Shown here one piece after another: positions 1-12,928 of a stretch of DNA of 64,000 nucleotides. Made by a program: the position numbers and the translations under genes. Source of the stretch: Azolla caroliniana (taxonomy: Eukaryota; Plantae; Polypodiophyta); assembly GCA_043228905.1 (NCBI GenBank), contig JBHGNT010000002.1, positions 9,486,001-9,550,000 of the forward strand, written 5' to 3'. How positions within the stretch are numbered: the first letter of the stretch is position 1; each line of letters starts with the position of its first letter. The notes under the pieces are model-generated. The model was not told the DNA's origin, did no database searches, and was given only the letters and a program-made list of their open reading frames with translations.

Positions 1-640
1 CAAAATGCCCCCCCCCCCCCTTTTTTCATTTTTAAGCAATTTATAGATGCTCAAATCATTCCCCTTCTCCACTAATGTCGTACTGTTACACTTGTTTTTT
101 TCCGTCTTTTCTCTTTCACATGTCACCTTGGACATGGGCATTTGGGGAAATAACAAAAGCATAGGTGTATTTGGGGAAATAAAGAAACCCTTGAAGGAAA
201 CTTTGGAGATTCCTCGGTCATTTATCTTATACATTCTACATATCATAAAGCATTGCCATCATGTGGAAGGGGGAATTCACAACTAATCTAGGTCAATGGT
301 CCCTCGGTGATTGTTGAGATTATCTATAGGTTGGCTTCTCTTTGTAATAAAGTTGCTTTATGAAAGTGAATTTGTGTCGCCACACTTGTCCATCATCCCA
401 ATGCATTGCATAAAGCTCAAGCAGTGTTGCCTTTTGACGGCTAACATTGCCTATCATGAGAACAGTATTCCAAAAAATTTGCTCGTCAAATGACGGTTTG
501 TCAAAAAAATTGCCCTTCAAAAAGTAAATACATCGAATATTTGTAGTAAACAATTATACCTTTTTGTCCTTTGCATCTTTCCAAATTTCATATACACGAT
601 CCCATTGTATTTCTTCAATGTGTGGCCCATTCAATGAGAC

Positions 641-2679
641 TCATATTAAATCATCTGAATGTTCTATATTCAATCGATTTCTTTTCATCTCTTTGGGGGG
701 TGTTTGTGTGTTGAAAATACCCTGGTACACCTTGTTGTCCATACATATCGTAATGGGGGCAAGCAACATCCAAAAATCTCCAAGGTTTTGATTATGTGTA
801 CAAGTTGTAGGTACCCTGTTGTCAGTGATCAACCACATAATGCCATTCTCCCTTTTGTACTTAGCATCGCATGTGCTATCGTATTTCACCACATCATCCT
901 CAAGAAAAATCCAACAAGCATGTCCCCAGTTGAGGGTGAACAAACTAGAGGCATGGCAAAGCAAACATAGTGCCCTTCTCCATACAGCCACTGGCTCACG
1001 ACATTCCCATAGACAATGGGAAATGCTTTGTATCTGTCCACATGCAATACATCTAAGGTCTACATTGGGGCCTTTACCCCACGTCCCTATCGGCAAGGCT
1101 CTATGTGCAATAAGTCATAAACACATCATTATCTTGGGGTCATATTTGTCATGCCATATCATTTTCCAGAATTGATCTAGTCTCATTTCACTAATGCCCT
1201 CATGTATCTAAAATTTCCTTGTTGCAATCTTGTCGTGTTCTTGTTCGAGAATAATTTGCCTCCCAATCTTCATGTTATACCTGAAAAATTGAACCAACTT
1301 TTCCCCATCAGTTCGTCCTTGAGTTCTCCAACAATACATCGCTGGGTCCCATGATAACTTATCCAAATGCCCTTGTATAGGCCAACACATTGTCGCCAGT
1401 GTGATCTCCGTTGGTTTAGGGTCAATAATCCTATTCTTGCCATTTTTTGTGATTAGCCTAATCGGCCTTTCTCTTTGAAAGGCTGGTTGCTCAACTCTTA
1501 CCATCCCGTGCTCTAGTTTGTAGTAGAATACCTCATTTGATTCTACTTTCATTCCCTTAATGCCAATTAAACAGTTCTCGACATCTATAAGTTCTATCCC
1601 CGCAATTTCAGAGGTTGTTACTTCTTCCTCTTCCACGGTATTCCTGTAGCATGCAATGGCATCTATAATTCTCTTGAGCATGCCTTTACCCCTGCTTATT
1701 CTCCATATTCTAGCCTTTTGAGTGCCCACCTCATTGGACAAAAACCTCTCCCACTCCACTAATGCATTCCCTTGGGCATTGATTAACTTAGCCCATTTGA
1801 AACCTGCTTTTTGGCCTATCATCAGCCCATCCATATCTCTAATCAATGGGTTCCATACAATTGGCATGCACATCCGCGCATATGCATCATTTCTCCACCT
1901 ACATGTGATCTCCTTTATGATTTCTTGCCATCCTTTCATAATTCCAATAGCACAACGACTCTACATACTTCCCTAATATTTGGGTCTCATTTCTGGCATA
2001 AAGCCCCAAAATGGGCTGCTTGGCCAACGTCCACCTTGTCTCAGCAACCACATCTTCCATCTTCGTCGCCATAGAACTTTCCAAGGTGCCTCAGGAGGTT
2101 GTAGGCTCCTGACCACTAGTTTGCCTAGCAAGGCCTTCGTTTGCACCACAGGATCTATCAATCCCACCCCCCTTCACTTTTCCTTTTTATAAGCGTGGTC
2201 CAAGCAACCTTTGCACATGCCTATTTTTACTCCATACCCCCCCATAAGAAATTTCTGATAATCCTTTTTATCAATTTCATCGACTTGGGCACGATTATCC
2301 AGCATGCAGTAGTATGCCAAATAGTGGCCATTAGAATCTGATTTGCAATCACAATCTTGCCCGCAAAGGATAGTTTTCTTGCATTCCACCATATTAACTT
2401 CGCTTTTATTTTGACCACTAGTAGATTGTAATGTTCTTCTCGATCGATGTCCATACCAATTTTGAAGCCCAAGTATCTAGTAGCTTCTCCTTTCCTCAAC
2501 CATCTAAAATTGGGGTCGGGAACCCAATTTAACATGGGCTTATTACTGATCCAAATGCCCATAGATTTATTCCAATTTATTTTAGCATTCGATCCCCTAC
2601 AAAACTCATCAATTGCATTTTGCAATCTGCCCAAGTTGTGTGCATCACCTTTGACATAGGTCATTGTGTCATCAGCATA
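641..2679 (-). mobile_element. Degenerate L1-type LINE, 3' part of ORF2 (RT from YADD onward, then zf-RVT region)
   Basis: ORF pieces 2227-2679 (YADDT...KINWNKS...RYLG...KLSFAGK...FLW), 1973-2167 (GLID), 1208-1939 and 641-1096 (CIACG..QSISHCLWEC) parallel ORF2 of the LINE at 14099-18472; several frameshifts and stops. Confidence 0.9.
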
Positions 2680-4425
2680 CCTTGCACATGATAAGGATGG
2701 TATCAGGAATGGTCCACATAGATCTGTATGGATGAGCTGAAGTAGACGCTCTATCGTTGTACAATTGTCTGTAAATGGTTGGTGTGTCATTTTTCCAAAT
2801 AGACAGCTTTCACACATGAAATCTGAATTGAAGATTTTGGATGGCAACTCTTGAACTCTTTTTTGTTGTTGACATTGTTGTAGTGCTTGGTAGTGTACAT
2901 GCCCAAGCCGACAATGCCATAATTGAGTTAGTGAAGATCTTTTCTTGTGATGTATTTGCTAGACTGCTGAGAATGCATTTGGAGGATGACTCCGTATTGG
3001 ATATAAGTGCTTCTCCTTGGGACACACCAACTGTGTACTTGTGTTTCCATTTTTGAAAAATAGAATTGCTTTCTCTTTACAGAATTGTATTATTAGTCCA
3101 TCTACAGTTGCTTGTCCAACTGATAACAAGTGCTTAGCTAGTCCTGGCACATAATAGACATTTGGGATTGTAATCTCGTGATTATCTGACAATCTGAGTT
3201 GAATGCTTCCTTTGCCGATTATTGTTTTTCATCCGTTGTCTCCAAAAGTAACTGATAGTGGATTCGACAAAACCTGATAGAAATTTAACCAGTCCTTCCA
3301 ATATGTGAGGTGATGTGTAGCTCCAGTGTTTAGGTACCATGTATCATGTTCAATTTTTGTCTCTTCTGCAGTGACATGATATGCTTGCAGAATATTGTCA
3401 TCTTCTGGTATTTCATCCGAATCTCCTCCAAATTTTGTGTATTCTTCTGACTTCGAGTTTGATTTTCCTTCAAATGTTGCATTATTTGCTTGTGATTGTC
3501 TTTTGTTTTCCACAACTTGCTTGAATCGACACACCTTTTTTGTATGCCCTTCTTTCTTACAGTATCTGCAAATCAATTTGAAACCACCATTGGACTGTTT
3601 TGATGAAGCTTTCCAAGCATCATTCACCTTGCTGGTACGTGATATTTCTGCACTTCTGTAAGCAGCTGATTTAGCTCTATATCTATTATTATAAGATGAT
3701 TTTTGTGTTTTGCTAAACGATGCAATCATTGCCAAAGATGGAGTGGATTCTTTTAATTGCCGTCGAAGTTTTTCATGGTGGATCTTGGTAATCAAATCAG
3801 ACAAAGAAGTACCTTGGCTATTCATGGTGACAAATGTACTCCAGGATTCTAGAACTCAATAGCAGCCCAATCTTCATTTCTTCTGAGATTTCATTTCCCG
3901 CAGTGGTGGCTTCTTTGAGATATGTCTCCCAGGTATCCAAGAAGGTAAGAACATCTTCTTCTTCCTGCAAAACACACATGTGAAACAAGGTAGCAAGAGT
4001 ATGGATTCTAGTAGTACCATCTTGTGGTTCAAACATTTGTTTTAGTTTGGACCACATCTCTGTTGTAGTTGTGAGTTTTCGAATGGCATCAACTTGCTCG
4101 TCTTCTACATGTAGCAGTATTTCGAGCTTTGCCCTTTTGTCTTTGTTTTTCCAATCTTTCCATGCTTCTGATTGTGTATTTTGCGGTGCTTGATAGGTTC
4201 TGGTGGTGATTTCAAGTAGCCTTTCTACATCAAGTAGTAGCTCCATCCTTGGTTTCCAAATTCTGTGGTTCTTTGTGGTAAGTTTATCTACCGAGTATTT
4301 CCTTGTCTGAGTGGAGCTTGCCATAATGTTGAGGTGGTTGTCTTTTGCTATGTATATATATATATTTGAACAACAAAAATAGAGTATGGAGCGGGTGATA
4401 TATTTCTAGGCTTCGTACTACTGAT

Positions 4426-4437
4426 GCTTTGATACCA
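4426..4437 (-). promoter_or_regulatory. Primer-binding site, tRNA-iMet type
   Basis: Minus strand TGGTATCAAAGC directly after the LTR end ...TCTCAACA. Confidence 0.85.
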
Positions 4438-4947
4438 TGTTGAGATTTTAACACAGGGTACAAGATTATGGCAAACAGGAATGATGGAACAACTTGGAAT
4501 GCAAATAAGAAATTTGATTAACAAAACAAGCCACTAATACAGCAACTGAGAGAGATGGCTAAAAGATGCAAGGATGCAGAGCACACCCAAAAGGTTCCCC
4601 AACTTCCTCGAGAGATGGCTAAAAGATGCAAAGATGCAGAGCACACCCAAAAGGTTCCCCAACTTCCTCGAGAGATGGCTAAAAGATGCAAGGATGCAGA
4701 GCACACCCAAAAGGTTCCCCAACTTCCTCTTTATATAGTAGAGTAAGTGGAGGGAAAAAAGAGGTAAGCTTTTGAAATACAACTAATATGAAAAACTGAA
4801 ATACACCTAATATGAAAATTGAAATACAACTACTGTGAAAAACTGTTTCCTTTTACTAATAATAACTTGGGGTGTGGGGTTATTTTTAGTAATTAACTAA
4901 GTAGTTGCTCACTGACGGAGCTAATTAGTTAATTATAACTTCTAACA
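4438..4947 (-). repeat. Copia 5' LTR
   Basis: Minus strand TGTTAGAAG...TCTCAACA termini; TATA (CTATATAAA) at 4730-4738; PBS adjacent. Confidence 0.75.
4550..4729. repeat. 3 x 60-bp tandem repeat inside the LTR
   Basis: Unit GAGAGATGGCTAAAAGATGCAAGGATGCAGAGCACACCCAAAAGGTTCCCCAACTTCCTC, nearly identical copies, no spacers. Confidence 0.95.
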
Positions 4948-5043
4948 GTTTTTGGTGGTGGAGCTAATTAGTTAATTATAACTTCTAACAGTTTTTGGTG
5001 GCGGAGCTAATTAATTAATTATATCTTCTAACGGTTTTTGGTT
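4917..5043. repeat. 3 x 43-bp tandem repeat spanning the LTR terminus and flank
   Basis: Unit GGAGCTAATTAGTTAATTATAACTTCTAACAGTTTTTGGTGG(T/C) at 4917, 4960, 5003. Confidence 0.9.
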
Positions 5044-5509
5044 ACAATAAGGATATGTGACTAGTGTCTATATATTAAGTTTAGGATGAGGCATCTTCAC
5101 CACTTCATGAATTAGCAGATTAGGTCAAATGACCTACCTGAGCAGAGAAGAATATATGTATGTTAGAAATTGATTCATCTATGAGCCAAGACAACTGTAT
5201 CAAATGCCATTAACAAGGAGTTCGATATGTATGATCAGTCATCTTGATAACCTCATTAATGATCTAAGAAATCTATGTCAAATAGCATCACCCATTCTGG
5301 TTCTTCCGTCCAAGAAGGACACACATAACGAAAGATGTTTTGGTGTATGATTTAGGTTATGAGGGACCTTCCTCACCATTCCTGAGTAGTTCATTAACAT
5401 AATTCGCTAAGAAAAGTATACCAAATGCTGCTCATTAATCTTGTGGTTCTGTTGCAACAAGGATTTCTATGTTTGTTTTGTTGCCCTGCTCAAGGGTTTT
5501 GATGCAGAT

Positions 5510-5765
5510 GGTGTATGTATGACACACATACACCCAGACCTACATACGTATGTAAACATACACATTCATATAAGCAAACGTACGTATATACATACATACA
5601 TATGTATGTACGCATACACATACCTATAAGCAAAGCAAACGTACGTACATTCATGCATTCATGCATACATACATACATACATACATACATACATACATAC
5701 ATAATTACATTATTACATATGCATACATACATACATACATACATACATATGCATGCATGCATGTC
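5510..5765. repeat. (CATA)n-rich microsatellite
   Basis: Long imperfect ACAT/CATA runs. Confidence 0.9.
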
Positions 5766-6246
5766 TTCTGTGACCATTGTTCAATCTCACTGATGTGCAC
5801 AAGGTTGTGGTTCAGGCGATGGTGGCAAGCTAAAGAAGGGCTTCTTACATACCTTTTCTGTTGCTATTGGTTCCTCATGGATCTTGAAGCTGCTTTCCCA
5901 CCAACAAAACATGGAGTGAGATTTTCTCTTTTCCCATTCCTATTCTTGTTTGATTAAATTGATGTGAAAAACCTCAAAAAGAGCTTGATCTTTTGGTAAT
6001 GCCCGATATAGGATAGCTCATTGCGGGCAGAGTTTGTTTGCAATTCGATTTTCAGCTCAATTTCTGTGTGCTAGCTCCATTGGGGCAGCTCCTCCGTTGT
6101 CTATTCAATGCAAATGAATCCTCTCTATGTAGTTTCCCATACCTAAAATGCTGCTCAATTGTTTTCACTCCCTTTTTCATCCATACATACAAACCCTTCC
6201 AACCGAAAATGCTATTTAATCATGTAAAGTATGCTCGGCGAGAGAG

Positions 6247-6351
6247 GAAGGGTTTACTAGGTTCTTAGGGTTTTTTCAGCAAGCCACATATAGGCTGTGC
6301 AGAAGGGTTTACTAGGTTTTTAGGGTTTTTTCAGCAAGCCACATATAGGCT
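6247..6351. repeat. 2 x 55-bp tandem duplication
   Basis: GAAGGGTTTACTAGGTT..TAGGGTTTTTTCAGCAAGCCACATATAGGCT at 6247 and 6302. Confidence 0.9.
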
Positions 6352-7310
6352 CTTGCACACTCCCAACCCTTGAGAATGAGCAAACCCTTGAGACTGAGCA
6401 AAACTTTAAAACACAAGTCTGAGAATCCTTACCTTAGAAACCCTAATTTCTGGAATCTGGAGAAACAGTAAATCAGAGCCCTATTTTTCTGGAATAGGAA
6501 GAAAAAGCAGGTCACCAAAACCCTAATTTCAGATTACATGCCTCCAACTTCAAATTTCAATCATGTCATACCACATTGACATATTTCATCACTACCTGCC
6601 ATTTTCCTGAGTAAACATGCATTGTTGGACTGTCTGACTGGGAAGAATGGTGATTCTATGACGAAAAACGTCGGAACACATACAATCTCCTTAATCCTGG
6701 GCATAACCAACTAACTAATCTCACTTTAGATATGGCACATATGCACATGCTGTAGGTATATATAAATGCAGAGAGACCATTGTGTGTGTGGATGGCATGT
6801 GCAGGTGGTACATTTGCTCTATATTCTCTTCTGTGCCGACATGCGAATTTCAGCCATTTGTGAAGTCGGAAAGACATGGATGAAGAGCTCTCGGCTTACC
6901 GGGTCGAGTCCATCACCCAAGGAAAGCAGGCACAAATTATGAAACCTTTTGTTGGGGAACACAACAGCTACATACGAACCGTGCTTCTCCTTGTAGTTCT
7001 CTTAGGAACATGTATGCTTATCGGTGCTGGTGTCCTCACACCGACAATATCTGGCGAGGATTTTTTTTATGTCTTTGTCCGAATGCCAAATTCTCTTTCT
7101 CCTCGATTCTTTGCTTGGTTTTGTGTTAAATTTTTACACTTGTTTCTTCTTTCGCATGCAGTGTTGTCTGCAATGTCGGGCATCCAAGTTGCAACCGACA
7201 AGCTCAGTGAGCGTGAGTTCTTCGAATACAATTTTAGATTCATTTTTTTCCTCTATTAAATCTCTTGATAAGGAGCAGTTTAGTTTCTCTTGGCAGATTT
7301 GATACTTTCA

Positions 7311-7680
7311 TTGATCTTCCTCTAAATACAATATATGTATGTATGTATGTAGCTAGCATTATGTACAAGAACGAAATAGGCATTGTTTGGAAGCTCATTA
7401 GAATGTGGTATATAGGCTTCTTGAAACCTTCACTGATTGATTTTCATCTAAATACAATGTATGTATCAGCATGTATGTAGCTAGCATATTATGCACATGA
7501 ATGGAATAGGCATTGTTTGGAAGGTCATTAGAATATGGGATGTAGGCTTCTTGAAACCTTCACTGATTGATCTTCATCTAAATACAATATATGTATGTAT
7601 GTAGCTGGCATATTATGCAAATGAATGGAATATGCATTGTTTGGAAGCTCATTAGAATTTGAGCATATAGATTTCTTGAA
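7311..7680. repeat. 3 x ~128-bp intronic tandem repeat
   Basis: TTGAT..TC.TCTAAATACAAT...GCATTGTTTGGAAG.TCATTAGAAT...CTTGAA at 7311, 7437, 7567. Confidence 0.85.
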
Positions 7681-10600
7681 GCTCGTAATGTTGTAACTAA
7701 GGAGACATTCTATTCCCTTTCTTTGGAAGGAACAATCAATCCTTACAACCATCACTCTTTTGATGTGTGACGAACAGATGTGGTGGTATTGCTCTCTTGA
7801 CTCATTCTCATTGGTTTGTTCTCTCTACAACACCATGGCACACATCGGGTTGGATTTATGTTTGCACCCATTGTGATTACATGGCTTTTGTGCATTGGCT
7901 CAATCGGCATCTACAATCTCTGGCATTGGAATCCAAGTGTCGTGAAAGGCTTTTCTCCATTCTACATCTACAATTTCTTTCAGGTGGTGGGTAAAGATGG
8001 ATGGATGTCTCTAGGCGGAATAGTTCTCTGCGTAACCGGTATGTATATGATACGGTAACTTAATTTGCGGCATCATTATATGTAAAATCCTCTGCATTCA
8101 TGTGAGCTCGAGGTGAATCGAAAACAAACCCTGTTTTTTTCACAAATTGCAGATTGATTGCTTTCAAATTCATAAACACTTCCCCATTATATCTAACCTT
8201 GCTATTTATGCAAATCTACTTTGTACTCAATGTCATTGGAGATACATATTTCCATAGTGACCCCCCCTCATCCCCCAAATTTTCTAATAAATATCTTATG
8301 TTGAGCTCACATGTCATAATGTTTCTGATACTCAATTTCTGTGTGTAGGAGCTGAAGCAATGTTTGCACACTTGGGGCAATTCTCGCAACTTTCGATCAA
8401 GGTATATGCATTGATACTACTGAATAGTAACAACAACAACAACAACTACTACTACTACTACTTTTAATGGTGTGTTTCAAATATATCTGCAGAAACTTTT
8501 AACTTGATTGTGATTTTAGCACAGCTCGCCTTCATGTTCGGTGTCTATCCTTGCCTGATGCTTTCCTACACTGGGGAGGCTGCATTTCTTTCCAAGAACA
8601 GGGATGCCATTGGATAGAGCTTCTACAAATCAATTCCAAGTAACAATTTTCCGTCTTTCTGAATGACCTTTCAGCCATGAATTCTCCTCGTCTCCTTTTA
8701 AATTTGTATCTATTTTGTTTCCTTTGAGGTGCAAAACAAGGTCTCTATGAAATTGCTACTTGCCTTGGGCCCAAGCCTAGGTATAGTTCGTGTCCCTGGC
8801 GTTGGCCTAGTTTATACGGAGCTAGTATCGGGTGTGCCTGCGGTCTTTTCACACTTCGTGACGAATATTCCGGCTTTTCATCAAATAGTGGGTTTTGTAT
8901 GTATAAAAGCGGTGCCCATACCGTATGTATTTGCGACTGAGCAGTTTATGGTTAGTCGAATCGGGCCGAAGGAGTATCGGATGTTTAGCTGTGTAGTTCA
9001 GTATGGATACAAGGATGCCCATAAAAATGAGAATGATTTTGAGACCCAACTGGTACTAAACATTGCCAAATTTATCCAACGAGAAATAAGTCAACATCGC
9101 CATCATCCTCTTCCCATGAAGCTTGAACAAGATATCAATGTTACTACAAGGTCTATCTTGTTGGCTTGTGGTGACTTGGTTGTTTGTCCGAGATGTGAAA
9201 GTCCCACATGTTTGTTCGTGTATTGACATGAGTATTAAACAAACGGTATCAGAGGCCCGAGGGTATGAATGGTTCGTGGCACGAAGTCGTAATGAAAGAT
9301 GAGTTGAAGGAGCTAATGGATGCGAAAGTAGCTGGTGTGGCTTACATATTAGGGCATTCCCATATGAAAGCAAGAAGTATGTCGTCCTGGGTCAAAACGT
9401 TTGCCATCAACTTGGCATTTAATTTTCTTAAGAGAAACAGTAGAGGTCCTTATGTGGCTCTAAGTATCCCCCATAGTAACCTCATTGAAGTTGGAATGGT
9501 TTATCATGTGTAAGGTGAAAAGGTTTAAACGTGGTTCTTGTCCCTCTTTTTAGATGTTGTAAGAAAAAAGCTTTGGCAAGTGCTTTCTAAGCATTTGCCT
9601 ATAACTTTGTTGTAAATTTCACCTTGAGAATGAATGAATTCAACAAGCCACCTTGTTTTTCAACTGTAGTACAGTTTCAATCAAGAGTTTTATTAAAAGT
9701 GAGCCTAGAAAGGATGCTCCCATACTAATGCGCATCGGGAAGTACTTGGAACTCTTTTCCTTCTATATGTTAGATACCCAAGTAATTATCCACATTTGAT
9801 GGACTAACCAATCCATAAATCCCGTTATGCTTCAGGCATTACAACAATGTAAAGGAAAAGTATTATGGTCTTACAATCGGCCCATTCATTGAGAGGGAAT
9901 TTGTGTGGTGTTCTGAACAAGGAGTGAATTTTCTTTTTGTTCAAAGGAATCGAATAAGTTTTGGGGGATATTTCATTCATTTGGAAAGGTAGGCCACATG
10001 TTCATTGAGAGCTACATTTTATAGAATTTTGGAGCATTGAGAGATTAAGAAGTGTGTTGGGAAAGAGTTTGCAAATGTTCTCAAACTCATGGATGACAAG
10101 AGCAAATGAGAATGATCGACCACCACCTCAAAAAATGATCTAAATACGATTTTGCAATGTCCGATGGTTCTTAAATGAAGTCATCTTTAAATAATTTTAA
10201 GATTTTTGGTTTCCACTTAGAACTTGTCAAACTTTCAAGGAAATGTGACGCTTGCATGAAATTCTCACAACTGAATTGGATTTTAAGTGAAATCCTCTAT
10301 AAGCATGTGCATCAACATTCTTGGATTCCTACTATTCTTTTAAATAAATTATATGCTATTATATGGTGACTTTGTAATAGTAAAGTTGTGAAATAAAGGC
10401 TCACGCAATGGGTTTAATGTTGTGCTCAATATAAACACTTCATAATTTCTAATTGCGATCATGCACACTAATGCTTTGCTCTTAAAATTTTGACCTACAA
10501 TGATATTGATATTTGTTATCAAACAATAGAAAGAATGACAACGATAACATTGCACTTTGAAAGGCAAATGTTAACGAAGGATTTAAACTAGAGGAATCAA

Positions 10601-11824
10601 GATTGATCAATGTTAACATACTTTCCCCCCATGTATAAAAGAAAGTAACAAAAAGAATCCTTTGTTCTAGATCTAAAGCATACCACCTCTATTTCAAGAT
10701 CACATCATCCTTGATTATCTAGGATTTTCTCAAATAAAATTGAAATTATTGATATGTGGTCATTTCCATGATTCCATAGTGGAGGTATAGTTATGTGAAA
10801 GAACAAGTATTGTTGTTTATGCAATTGTTTGGGTCAGTGTTTTTTACTTTTAAAGTCTAGTATCGATGATGACCGGATGAAGTATTTCTATGTAGTGTAA
10901 ATGATTTTAAAGCATTTATGTGTGCTTGAGTTCTCATTCCATAACAACAAAAACCTTACATCTCCATCACCTTTTAAATAATTCATTCCTTCGGTTTACA
11001 TGAATTTGCATGTGTTCCTTAACAAATTGACGTATGATAGTAATGAATAATAGATCACTATTTCAAGGTTTACTTTACTTCATAGTGGTGCATTTAACAA
11101 CGAAATGACAATCCACACAAATGTTTATTGATAAGATCAATAATAATGAATTTAAGCCACATATAAATCATAAAATAGGGAGTAGTTTATAGACATGAGT
11201 GACCATTGGGGTCTACTTAGTTGGAATCATGTTTATAATGGATGGAAGGGAATGAACAAACCAACAACATTTCATTCACTCAAACGATTGAAGGTGCTTG
11301 TGTAAGTTTGTTTACCGACAAAAATCAAATGTTTAGAATAAAGTGTTTTTGCTTGCTTTTGTTTGCTGATACTTTACTGATGATTACATCGAATGGTTCA
11401 AATCTGAATGGAAGGTGTGGCTCTCTTAAGCTTGAGATTCTCTTTATGATTGATTCATTTAAGAATCTATATAATGCTTTATATGCAAGAAAAGTAGCGT
11501 ACTCCACATATGATTCGTGTGGAATATTAGAATACTAAGATTTTTGAGAGGATATCCTATTTATTTATTACTTGTTATGTTACTAATACCAACAACAATT
11601 ATTTTGAGTCAGCCTCAGAGTAATGTCCATCATATAGCTTTGGTTTAATGAAGTTGTACTGCAACTGCCTACAATTACAATTTTCGCAAGTTGATTAAGT
11701 TATGATCACATTAACACAATTCTAACACTCTAAAGTTACATAAGCCAATTACTTACAATGGGTTTGTGTTACATGCAGGTCATTTGAATTTGAGTTGGTT
11801 AACGCAACCCAAACATTCACAACC

Positions 11825-12289
11825 ATGGCATTAGTGGACAACGAGAATCTACATGTGGTCATTGCCTTTTATGAGGCATTACAAGTTCATAATGGGAGGA
11901 GGATTTTGGATTTATTAGCATCTGAAGACTTGGAGTGGTGGTTCCATGGCCCGCCACATGAGCAACACCTTATAGACCTTTTGACCGGAATGCCCCACTC
12001 CTCGAACAATGTAGAGGAATTTGTCTTTGTGCCCATGTACATCCAAAATATTGGAAACACAGTTTTTGTTGAAGGAGAAGGAAAGAAAAGAACCAATCAT
12101 GAGAATAAATATTGGGTTCATGTTTGGACAATAAAAGAAGGTAAGATAGTTCAACTCAGGGAGTATTTTAACACATCCCTTATTGTGCTTAACCAATCTT
12201 CGAATCTTTCTCCTTGTAATACACTTTGGCAAAGCCAGCTTGGTCAAGCCAATAGAAAGTCTATGCCTTCAATGATCTTAGCAATATAG
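11825..12289 (+). CDS. Wound-induced protein 1 (WUN1/WI12/SAG20-like), SnoaL/NTF2 fold
   Basis: Family motifs DLEWWFHGPP, FVP, VFVEG, YWVHVWT, IVQLREYFNTSL, LWQS; single intact exon, ATG at 11825; possible 5'UTR intron acceptor TGCAG ending 11778. Confidence 0.9.
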   Translation: MALVDNENLHVVIAFYEALQVHNGRRILDLLASEDLEWWFHGPPHEQHLIDLLTGMPHSSNNVEEFVFVPMYIQNIGNTVFVEGEGKKRTNHENKYWVHVWTIKEGKIVQLREYFNTSLIVLNQSSNLSPCNTLWQSQLGQANRKSMPSMILAI

Positions 12290-12928
12290 ATATGTGTAAA
12301 TGTGATGTTCTTCAATTTTAATCAATCTCATGAAGATATTGTAATCATGCATTGTAATCAATCTCATGAAGATATTGAGTAACAATAGAACAAAACTTGT
12401 TGAATCTTTGGCAATCACTTCCAAGTGGTATGAGCAATAGGGCATGAATAAACCTATGAGTTCTATCTTCCAACGAAGTGATACAAAAGGAACATGTATA
12501 ATATCTATATTCTTAGATACATCCCACTCCATCTTTCCTTTTGTATGTGAGAGCCAAGATAATGAAACTATGGAATGATGATAAAAGAGATTCATTGTGA
12601 CCCGTAACAAGCATATAACGCCCGTCAAACACTAATCCACTCAAGAAGTATTATATTCTAGCATTGAAAAACAGCCTTGTAATGAAGCCATTGTTTATAA
12701 CTTTTTCCAAATAAACCCATAATTTAGGGGAACATATAACAAACTTTTAGCGTCTTAAATTTCAAACAACCTTTGAAATTCAGAATCTACCACCCTAGTA
12801 TAACAATCTACAAGAAACAAGCAATTTCTTATGTAATGAATTACATTGTTGCCAACTAGATGATGATGTCCATCCATAATATTACAAAGCTTCTTGCCAA
12901 GTATTTACCGAATATTTAGTGCACATAG

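Larger units (their letters stand above)
2680..4947 (-). mobile_element. Ty1/Copia LTR retrotransposon, 5' half only (LTR, PBS, gag, protease, start of integrase)
   Basis: UBN2-type gag 3818-4324; CCHC knuckle CRYCKKEGHTKKVC and protease WYLNTGATHH in 3229-3825; NVYYVPGLAKHLLSVGQ in 2959-3192; CESCLFGK...IHTDLCGP; truncated at 2680. Confidence 0.9.
5877..9513 (+). pseudogene. KUP/HAK/KT potassium transporter pseudogene (spliced structure)
   Basis: Exons: 5877-5915 MDLEAAFPPTKHG (tentative); 6805-7053 GGTFALYSLLCRHA...GAGVLTPTIS; 7162-7212; 7778-8038 [16 protein letters not shown]...GGIVLCVTG; 8349-8401 EAMFAHLGQF; 8525-8639 YPCLMLSYTGEAAFL; 8723-9513 LGIVRVPG...EVGMVYHV*. In-frame stops at 6861, 7798, 8615; missing exons. 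Confidence 0.9.

Noticed and set aside
4550-5043. Regular repeats as a CRISPR array
   Set aside because: Head-to-tail units without unique spacers, no cas genes, eukaryotic LTR context
5441-5793. HTYI/MYVC-rich ORFs
   Set aside because: Translations of a (CATA)n microsatellite
6438-6526. AAACCCTAA telomere-like motifs
   Set aside because: Only isolated copies; common telo-box-like sequence, not an array
6861-8617. KUP stop codons repaired by U-to-C RNA editing
   Set aside because: Such editing is organellar, this gene has spliceosomal introns, and exon losses disable it anyway
9514-11770. Short ORFs in AT-rich intergenic DNA
   Set aside because: No recognisable motifs or splice structure
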